DNA of 64,000 nt from a virus: the IMG/VR virus record IMGVR_UViG_3300023106_000001, positions 1,485 to 65,484 of that record; one strand, written 5' to 3'. Below, one piece after another: positions 56,525 to 64,000 of the stretch. Numbering within the stretch: the stretch's first letter is position 1; the number at the start of each line of letters is the position of its first letter. Made by a program: the position numbers and the translations under genes. The notes under the pieces are model-generated. The model did not search any database, was not told where the DNA came from, and saw nothing but the letters and a program-made list of their open reading frames with translations.

Positions 56525-57492
56525 ATTAATTGCTGTTTTAAAAATTCAAAATCTCTGGGATTAGCTTTTAAGTGATCAATAAATTTATCTACCCCTTGTA
56601 AAGAAATCTCTTCTGCATCTGCACTTGGAAACTTAACCCAAGCCCCGCCTTGTTTCACTATTTCAGTTTCTATAAATACTCTGGCATATTCATCTATTTG
56701 ATTGAAACCGCCCTCATTATAAAAATTAAGTTTGTATATTTCTGTTGGGTCATAAGAACTTCCTTTTGATTTTCTAATTCTTACTTCTAAAGTATGGCCA
56801 ACTACATTATCATCTTCATCTTTTAATATCTTCTTCTTAGTTAGATCTATGAATGTATTCATCATAGTTCCTTGCCACTCACCTCTTGAAAGTACTCGAT
56901 TATCGCCCATCATTACTCCTGGGTCTTTTTTCCAGTGCTGTAAACCTAATAAACAAATATCTCTTGTAACAGCATATCCCTCAATTAAGGTCATTCTAGT
57001 TCCCCAACGATTGGCTTCAATTCCCATTGTATAATCACTTGCTGATTTTTCTTGAATCACAGTAGATTTAAAAATGGGTACAGAATCAAAGACTATGATT
57101 CCCACCTCATCTGCTTGTGAAAATGCTTCGGCCTCATCTAACATTCTTTCTAAGTTTCTGTGACGTATGTGAATAAAATTATCTTTATTAACACCCATTC
57201 TTTTAAAGTAAGAATCATCTAAAGTTCCTTCTCCATCAAAATATACAGCAACCTTACCTCTTGAAATAACGTCTTTACAAGCTAATAAAGATATAGAACT
57301 TTTACCACTACCTCCTTTGGCAACTATACAGTTATATCCCCCATTCATAAACCCGCCTGATAAATAATCAAGATAGGGACTACCTGTAGATGTTCTTGTT
57401 CTGACAACTTCTTTTTCTCCTAATAAAGAGTAATTATCCTGTTCTCTTTTTCCTTTATTTAATTTTTTAAGCGTTTCTGCTAAAGTTGCCAT
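56521..57492 (-). CDS. recA: RecA/UvsX-like recombinase
   Basis: STGSPYLD..SGG, GGSGKS, YFDGE.TLD, IVFDSVP, IVKQGGAW. Confidence 0.9.
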   Translation of the reverse strand: MATLAETLKKLNKGKREQDNYSLLGEKEVVRTRTSTGSPYLDYLSGGFMNGGYNCIVAKGGSGKSSISLLACKDVISRGKVAVYFDGEGTLDDSYFKRMGVNKDNFIHIRHRNLERMLDEAEAFSQADEVGIIVFDSVPIFKSTVIQEKSASDYTMGIEANRWGTRMTLIEGYAVTRDICLLGLQHWKKDPGVMMGDNRVLSRGEWQGTMMNTFIDLTKKKILKDEDDNVVGHTLEVRIRKSKGSSYDPTEIYKLNFYNEGGFNQIDEYARVFIETEIVKQGGAWVKFPSADAEEISLQGVDKFIDHLKANPRDFEFLKQQLI

Positions 57493-57857
57493 CTATCGTA
57501 TGTTTTATAATTTATTTCTTCTGTTACTTTTTCTAATAACTCTTTTATAACTTCTTTTTCCGCCAAAAAAATTGAAAGAGACTGTAATTGTTCATTACTA
57601 CCATCATATAAACTATGACAACCACAATTACTAAATCTTCCTCCTAGATATACAACATTTTGGTCATCACACATTATGGATTTAAAAGTTGATTTTGGAA
57701 GCCTGTGTGCTATCTCACTCACATCTCCTTTTAATTTTTCACCGCAATTTGTACAGTATTTTGATTTTGCAATTTCTATATGTCTTTCAAAAAATTCAGA
57801 TAAACCTGATCTCTCTTCTTTTCTTTTTTCTAAAGCTTTTTTACTGTATCTTTTCAT
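57480..57857 (-). CDS. small HNH/NinG-like zinc nuclease
   Basis: CTNCG...EIAHRLPK...NVVYL...CH..YD. Confidence 0.6.
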   Translation of the reverse strand: MKRYSKKALEKRKEERSGLSEFFERHIEIAKSKYCTNCGEKLKGDVSEIAHRLPKSTFKSIMCDDQNVVYLGGRFSNCGCHSLYDGSNEQLQSLSIFLAEKEVIKELLEKVTEEINYKTYDRWQL

Positions 57858-57907
57858 TATGTAAATCTACAATTTTTATTTGACATATACAACTGTTTTT
57901 AAATCTT

Positions 57908-58291
57908 TTATTTCAGTACACTTATTATTTCTTCTCTTAACTTATCGTCTTTTGTTTCTTTTTTAAGCCAGAGAAGATATTTTCGGTCTAAGTCTTTAAT
58001 TTCTGACAGATTTTTTCCAGAATATTTTCCAAAATTAAGAGTTATATAAACCTTTTCTTCCTTATTTAATACACTTTCTTCACGAGGTTTAAACTGTTTC
58101 TTGTTTCTCTTAATATAGGCCTCAATTGATGTTCTGTACTCAACACTGTCTGATTCTCCACTCGCCCACAACAATTCATTATTTTCATTTAAATAGTAGT
58201 GAGCGAAGTTTACAAACCAATTACTGGAAGAATCTTTAAACTGTTTAATCTGTACTTTATCTTCTTTTTTAGCGGTCAAAATTAAACCCAA
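57908..58291 (-). CDS. hypothetical protein with C-terminal FGKY.G (DUF3820-like) motif
   Basis: LNFGKYSGKNLSEI...YLLWL. Confidence 0.55.
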   Translation of the reverse strand: MGLILTAKKEDKVQIKQFKDSSSNWFVNFAHYYLNENNELLWASGESDSVEYRTSIEAYIKRNKKQFKPREESVLNKEEKVYITLNFGKYSGKNLSEIKDLDRKYLLWLKKETKDDKLREEIISVLK

Positions 58292-59609
58292 GTTCCTCCA
58301 CCACTTTCTGAATTATTTCCATAAACTCCCATCTCAATATCAAATTTAGTATCGAACCATAAATCATGATTTAAACTTCTCTCTGCTTCTGTTAGTCTCT
58401 CATCCATAGAGTTCACATAATATTCATTAGCTTTATTCATTGCTTTTATCCAAGGAGTTTTCCCCTCAAATCGAATTTCGTTTACGTGTTTCATAATTAT
58501 CTCAATAAAGATTTTAATTCATCAATAGTCTCTTGGTCAACTTCGTCTTCATCATATTCTAAATTTTCTTCGGATCTTTCAATAAATCTCTCAATAAAAC
58601 TATGATCATAATCAATTCCATTAGGGTGTTGTCTAAGAAACTCTTTTACTTTTTTCTTATCGTCAATAATTTTAAAATCATTTTCTTCCATTTGACCATA
58701 CACTTCTGAGTGTTTCCCCCAAATTTCACCGAAATCAACTGTTTCTCCTAAAAGGATTTCTTTAACTCTAAGTGCTTTTTCTAAAGGTAAAGATCTTTGT
58801 TCGAATACAGAACCGCCTCTTGAATCCCAAGACATTTGAAGAATAACTAATTTGTCTTCTTTAAGTTTAATTTCATTGCACTTTTCGGTGATATTTACTA
58901 AAGATAAAAACTCACCATTAATTTCAATTCCGTCTTTTTTATATTTTATGCTCATAATTTTATAATAAATCTTTTAAACTCTCTACAAACTGACCTCTTA
59001 ATGTATGTTCACTATCCAAAGCTATTTTTGAGCAGTCTAATTGATTTAAATCCACAGGTGATAGTTTGGTATCATCTATTTGAGATAGCTCTTCTAACAT
59101 GTTTTTTATTTCTTTTTGTGCGAAATCATGTTGTGATATTAATTCTTCTATTTTCTCTTTCATTATTCTTCGTTTTGTATAAAATGTCCTGCATATTCCA
59201 TCTTTTTATTAAAATGTTCTAGATAATAGAAGAAGCCATCTGGTGAAACATACATATTTCTTTTCTTCTTTTTAAGCTTTCTAGTTCTTTTTACAATACC
59301 TTGTTCGACTAATCCTGTGAACATTTCAAAAGTACAATGATCGTAACTTTCTCTCACTTCTTTAACAGATTCTATCTGTTCTGGTGTGTAGTCAAATTTA
59401 ACGAGAATCTTTTCATAAGTTTCCCAATCTTGTTTTGTTCCCATCTATTATTAATTTTAAACAAATTTACAAATTATTTTTTAAATTACCTAATTTTTAA
59501 GTAATTATTTTTAGTTTTTATTTTGCCGCCCTAATATATTTAACTGTTTCTTTTATTTTACTATAGTTTGGCGGCAAAACTAGAGACAAAGCTAATCAAA
59601 AAACAGTTA

Positions 59610-59756
59610 TTACCACGTACCCTACTTCAAACTGTAACTATGCGCAAAGTAATGCCCTGCTCGGGCGGAGGTTAACCAAGGTTCTACGCTTCGCTCCGTA
59701 CCTCGTTTAACTAATGAATTATTTTTTATCTGTTTTTGAAGTAGGGTACGTGGTAA
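59610..59756. repeat. perfect 22-bp inverted repeat with 103-bp spacer
   Basis: TTACCACGTACCCTACTTCAAA (59610-59631) / TTTGAAGTAGGGTACGTGGTAA (59735-59756). Confidence 0.9.
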
Positions 59757-59986
59757 AGAACGCTTACGCGATTTCGGTCGTTCCTCCCTCACCAAGGAAT
59801 TTTTTTTATTTATCCTCACCCCCAAACCCCCTCTCCTTATAAGAGTAAATTTTGGCTGAATAATCAACCTTCAGGCGGAAATAGTGCAAAAAACACCTCC
59901 TTTTCCCTTTAGCTTAAGTCCAGGAAATTAAATCCCTTTTCCGCAACATGAGCGATTATATCGCAGCTCCATGTTATTAAACGCGA

Positions 59987-60084
59987 AAGCCTCTTAAAAC
60001 AAATAGTCCAAGGTGATACTGACTATTTAACGTTTTAAAAGGCTTCCTACTTTTTTATGTTTTTCCTTTATATCAGAGTATCAC
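59987..60084 (-). promoter_or_regulatory. leader RNA: long hairpin whose loop (AGTATCAC) is complementary to an upstream GTGATACT
   Basis: nested stems AAGCC/GGCTT, TTAAAAC/GTTTTAA, AAATAGTC/GACTATTT; 60013-60020 complementary to 60077-60084; promoter at 60119. Confidence 0.6.
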
Positions 60085-60563
60085 AACTAATATAAATCGG
60101 TATTTTTTTATTGAAATGCAAACTTACAAATTATTTTTGACATATGCAAATTAATTCAGTAGAAATTAGTGATGATTTTTAAAGAAGTTCTTTAGGCTTC
60201 AAAACCCCCACTTATAGTACGCCCTCTCACGATCTACTTAATTTTAACGCAAATATACAAAATAAAAATCTAATACACAAATTAATTAATTTCATTAAAA
60301 TCTTTTTCTTCGCCGACATCAAAAACTTCGGGCTTAAAAAGAAATAAATTATAAAAGAACAGTTTAAGACTCTCAGCATAAACAGATTCACTAACATTCT
60401 TACTCTCATACTTTCTAAATAAAGAAAAAGTAAGAGCTTTAATAAATTCTATATTCTGTTCTCTATATTGAAATGAAACGTCACTATAACTAATATAATG
60501 ATTCCATATACGAGAATAAAAGTCTTCGTAACTAAGCATTTTCTTTTGGTTTTAAATGTGAAG

Positions 60564-60706
60564 CAAATATACAAAAACAGAATCAAAATAAAAAATTACT
60601 TACTTTTAGACAAGCTCCCATACAAAATATTTTTTACACTCTCAGTTAAATTTTAGTTAAACATTAGTAATTAATTTGCGAGTGTCAAAACTAATGATTA
60701 TTTTTG
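60564..60706. promoter_or_regulatory. divergent Bacteroidota-type promoters at the strand switch
   Basis: minus TATATTTG at 60564-60571; plus TTTG (60675) N20 TATTTTTG (60699-60706). Confidence 0.65.
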
Positions 60707-60723
60707 TGAGATATTATAAGTAA

Positions 60724-61173
60724 ATGGAGAACCAAGAAGATAAAATTAAGGAACTAGAAGCTAAACTCTTGAAGTTTAAGGAGCCATTAAACGCGCTTAA
60801 TTTGAAAGTAGATTCTAAAAATAAAATAGAAAGACTTGACAAGTTTTTGACAGCTTATTCCGAATTACGAATGACAGAAGAAAATAAGTTATTGCCTTCT
60901 CAAAAGCCTATTTTACTTTATTATTTATTAAAAGGTATTTCAGAAGATGTTATTCAGCTTTTAATTGAAGATAATCCCGAAAGAGCTAAAGTAAAGAAAG
61001 GTAAACAATTGACAAGAAATCATCTTCATGCAATTAATAAGAAATTAAGAGATAGAGGATATTTAGTGCGCGACGAAAAAAACTATCAAAAATTTAAATT
61101 GTCGCCAGATTTAGAAACAATAAGAAAGAAAGTCTTAGATGAAGACTGCAAATTAATTTTAATGACGTTTTGA
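60724..61173 (+). CDS. hypothetical protein, possible winged-helix DNA-binding C-terminus
   Basis: first plus-strand ORF; LHAINKKLRDRGYLVR pattern. Confidence 0.55.
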   Translation: MENQEDKIKELEAKLLKFKEPLNALNLKVDSKNKIERLDKFLTAYSELRMTEENKLLPSQKPILLYYLLKGISEDVIQLLIEDNPERAKVKKGKQLTRNHLHAINKKLRDRGYLVRDEKNYQKFKLSPDLETIRKKVLDEDCKLILMTF

Positions 61174-61634
61174 AACAACTAAGTTATTTAGATGATATAT
61201 TAAAAGAAGTGTTTAGAAAACATAAATTAACTTATGATTACAAACAATGTTTAGATGGAGTTAATTGGATGTTTGAATATATTGTTCAGGAAACAAAAAA
61301 CCCAGAAGTATTTGCAATAAATTTACCTTATTTAGGCCATTTATATAAAAACCAAAATTTCTTAATAAACAGTAAAAAATTCATGGAAGTTGGATCTGAA
61401 CCTTATAAGAAAGTGGAAGATCAAATACAACAGATAAAAAGATTTGGAGACGAGAACGGTTGGGGAACACCTCATTTAAAATTACCATTATTTTTTACTT
61501 TCAACAAGTACATTTGTGAAAGATTTGAAATAACAGAAACAGCCAGAAGAATGCATAAACCAAGTCATCAAATATACGCCGCAACAGAGTACATACAAAA
61601 TAAAGAATACAAAAGATTAACCGAAAATAAATAA
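61170..61634 (+). CDS. hypothetical protein
   Basis: 154-aa ORF overlapping the upstream stop codon. Confidence 0.6.
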   Translation: MKQLSYLDDILKEVFRKHKLTYDYKQCLDGVNWMFEYIVQETKNPEVFAINLPYLGHLYKNQNFLINSKKFMEVGSEPYKKVEDQIQQIKRFGDENGWGTPHLKLPLFFTFNKYICERFEITETARRMHKPSHQIYAATEYIQNKEYKRLTENK

Positions 61635-61637
61635 AAA

Positions 61638-63281
61638 TTGGAGAATAAAGTAGTTTACGGCCAAGAAGCCAGAAAGTTATTAAAAGAAGGAGTAGATTTA
61701 GTTGCAAATGCAGTTAAAGTTACATTAGGAGCAAAAGGAATGAATGTGATGTGCGTAAGAGATTTACTTTTGCCTATCATTACTAAAGATGGTATTTCTG
61801 TAGCTAAAGAGATTGAATCAGAAGATCCTATTATTAACGCAGGATCATCCTTAATAAAACAAGTATCAAATCAAACAAATGAAGTAGCAGGAGATGGATC
61901 TAGTTCTAGTGTTGTATTAGCACAAGCTATTGTACATGAAGCCGATGAAGTCCTAAACACTGGAAAAGTTAATGCAATTTCTCTAAAAAGAGGATTAGAT
62001 TTAGCTTTAGATTTCTCTTTAAAACATTTAGATAAGTTAAAAACAAAATCAAGCAGTTTAAAAACTTTAAAAAATATCGCGAATATTTCTACTAATGGAG
62101 ACAAAGAAATTTCTGATCTAGTTGTAGATGCTATTAAAAAAGTCGGTAAAAACGGCACAATAAAAGTAGAAGAAACAGAAGAATTAAAATCATCTGTAGA
62201 ATTATCTTTAGGATACGAATTAGATGTGCCTTTTTCTTTGGCGGAATTTATTAATGACCGTGAGAAGTTTGAAGCTGTTTTTGAAGACATGAATGTTTTA
62301 ATTTATCAAGGACACCTAAAAGATAAAAGACAGTTGAATAAAGCTATTGAATTATCAACAACTAAAGATGAAAATGGAGAATTAGGAGTATTTGAAGGCC
62401 TTTTAATTATTTGTGATAACATTTCTGGCCACGTTCAAAAAGAGATTTTAGAATTTAGTTATCAAGGTTTTAAAATGATGAATTTAAGATCGCCTTCTTT
62501 CGGCGCAAGAAAGAATGAAACACTTAAAGATATAGCATCTCTAATAGGCGCAAAAGTTTACAGTGAAGACTTAGGTGATGATTTAGATAATGTTACTTTA
62601 GAAGGCCTAGGACACATTGACAAAGTGATTTCAGATGCTAATAAGTCAGTTTTAATCGGTGGAAAAGGAAATCAAGAAGAAATCAAAGAAAGAACAGCAA
62701 TTGTAAAACAGCAAATTAAAAACATCACTGGTGGTAAAAAAGAAACAGAGTATGTAAAAGAAAGATATTCTAAATTAACCAAAGGAGTTGCTGTAATTAA
62801 AGTAGGGGGATATTCCGCGCCAGAAAAAAGAGAAAAGACAGACAGAGTAGAAGATGCTTTATGCGCAGTCAGAGCTTGTTTAGAAGAAGGATATGTAGCT
62901 GGTGGAGGTGTAACCTATTTAAACATATCAAATGCTCTTAAATCGGCTAAAATAGAAACTAGAAATGAAGATGAGCAAAAAGGAGTAGAAGTTTTAGTTA
63001 AAGCTTTAGAAGCACCTTTCAAACAAATTCTTGAAAATGCAGGAATGCAAGACCAAACAGAAAACTATATTCACAATATTCAAAATTCACAATATTATGG
63101 AGATGGAATTGATTTACAAACACAAGAATATGTAGATTTATTTAAAAGAGGAATTATTGATCCAACAAAAGTAGAAAGGTTAGCTCTTCAAAATGCAGTA
63201 TCTATTTCAGGAACATTCTTAACTCTAGGAGCAATCACTTATAACAGTGCATCAATATTTATAGCAAATGGCCAAAAATAA
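61638..63281 (+). CDS. groEL: phage-encoded chaperonin GroEL
   Basis: ANAVKVTLGAKG, ITKDG.SVAKEI, AGDG, GVAVIKVGG, EEG.VAGGG, GIIDPTKV; TTG start. Confidence 0.96.
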   Translation: MENKVVYGQEARKLLKEGVDLVANAVKVTLGAKGMNVMCVRDLLLPIITKDGISVAKEIESEDPIINAGSSLIKQVSNQTNEVAGDGSSSSVVLAQAIVHEADEVLNTGKVNAISLKRGLDLALDFSLKHLDKLKTKSSSLKTLKNIANISTNGDKEISDLVVDAIKKVGKNGTIKVEETEELKSSVELSLGYELDVPFSLAEFINDREKFEAVFEDMNVLIYQGHLKDKRQLNKAIELSTTKDENGELGVFEGLLIICDNISGHVQKEILEFSYQGFKMMNLRSPSFGARKNETLKDIASLIGAKVYSEDLGDDLDNVTLEGLGHIDKVISDANKSVLIGGKGNQEEIKERTAIVKQQIKNITGGKKETEYVKERYSKLTKGVAVIKVGGYSAPEKREKTDRVEDALCAVRACLEEGYVAGGGVTYLNISNALKSAKIETRNEDEQKGVEVLVKALEAPFKQILENAGMQDQTENYIHNIQNSQYYGDGIDLQTQEYVDLFKRGIIDPTKVERLALQNAVSISGTFLTLGAITYNSASIFIANGQK

Positions 63282-63576
63282 ATTTCTAAAATGGTCAACT
63301 TGGAAGATGATCCTTAATTCTAGATTAATTGCTTACAAAAATAGTAAGGAGCCTTGGTGTAAAGAAAGAAGAGAAATCTGTAAAAATTGTGAATACAATA
63401 CTAGAAATAAGAAAGAGTTGACTTTCAGAGAAAAGTTTTTAATGTTTATTCAAATAACTAAGGCAGTTTGCAGTGCTTGCGGTTGCAGTACCAAAGCTAA
63501 GACCAGGCTTAAAATGGCAGTTTGTGGACTAGAAGAAATAGATTTAACTCCAAAATGGCGGGAAAAAGAAAACTAA
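63268..63576 (+). CDS. small Cys-rich zinc-binding phage protein
   Basis: ERREICKNCEYN...CSACGC...K.RL...C....W. Confidence 0.65.
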   Translation: MAKNKFLKWSTWKMILNSRLIAYKNSKEPWCKERREICKNCEYNTRNKKELTFREKFLMFIQITKAVCSACGCSTKAKTRLKMAVCGLEEIDLTPKWREKEN

Positions 63577-63588
63577 AAACAAAGTAAT

Positions 63589-63918
63589 ATGCAAATAATA
63601 GACAAACAAACAAACACAGAAATAGAGAAATCAACAGATAGATATATTATAAATTTTGGCATTCTAAAAAAGAACCAAATCGCAAAAAGAACAGTTCAAA
63701 TAAAAGGAAATAATTTAGAAGGACTCACATCACAATCAGACTGCTCATGCACAGAAAGTAGCCCAGAAGTAATTGACAAAAACACAATTGAAATTGAATT
63801 ACAATACAAAAACACTCATATTACAAAACCATTTGATAAAAAAGTGTATTTAAATTTCCATGAAGACAAACAACCAAAAGTAGCAACAATTAATATTAAA
63901 GGACAAGTTACCTTATAG
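63589..63918 (+). CDS. DUF1573-like Ig-fold protein
   Basis: INFG....SDCSCT...F.KKV...I.IKGQV. Confidence 0.55.
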   Translation: MQIIDKQTNTEIEKSTDRYIINFGILKKNQIAKRTVQIKGNNLEGLTSQSDCSCTESSPEVIDKNTIEIELQYKNTHITKPFDKKVYLNFHEDKQPKVATINIKGQVTL

Positions 63919-64000
63919 CATATGAATTACACACAAGAATCATTAAGAGCATTACAAGCACTAGGACAAAAACATCAAGACATGAACCTGGGAGACTTGT

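Noticed and set aside
2493-59222. Short plus-strand ORFs in the track (e.g. 3253, 14708, 49006, 52862)
   Set aside because: They are antisense shadows of well-supported minus-strand genes.
1-64000. Stop-codon reassignment
   Set aside because: Core genes are intact in the standard code, and TAA, TAG and TGA all terminate genes.
1-64000. Additional remote DGR variable repeats
   Set aside because: No further match to the TR core noticed by eye; a short-word BLAST of TR against the whole genome is needed to exclude them.

Overview
AT-rich (roughly 27-30% GC by eye), gene-dense segment of a large tailed dsDNA phage. The host is most likely Bacteroidota (Flavobacterium-like), because many intergenic gaps carry the Bacteroidota sigmaA promoter TAnnTTTG. 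Almost all genes from 1 to 60539 are on the minus strand. They include a T7-like family A DNA polymerase, DnaB-like helicase, NrdA/NrdB, two nucleases, SSB, RecA, PhoH, nucleotide pyrophosphatases, about six free-standing homing endonucleases, a protein kinase, a BCS1-like ATPase, a lipoprotein/OMP pair and many small hypotheticals. A strand switch near 60.6 kb leads into a plus-strand block containing groEL. The best-supported special system is a compact diversity-generating retroelement (24460-26677) arranged target2-TR-RT-target1. Its 61-bp template repeat differs from each of two variable repeats at 11 positions, all of them TR adenines. The targets are small non-tail proteins and no Avd gene is recognisable. 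Non-coding signals: dozens of dispersed T-tract/CG-core/A-tract sites, three promoter-proximal hairpin/pseudoknot leaders, two long intergenic loci with parallel architecture (possible RNA-primed origins), and two non-canonical tRNA-like elements, one with a 9/3 fold and alanine identity. All protein calls come from motif recognition by eye; no database searches were run.
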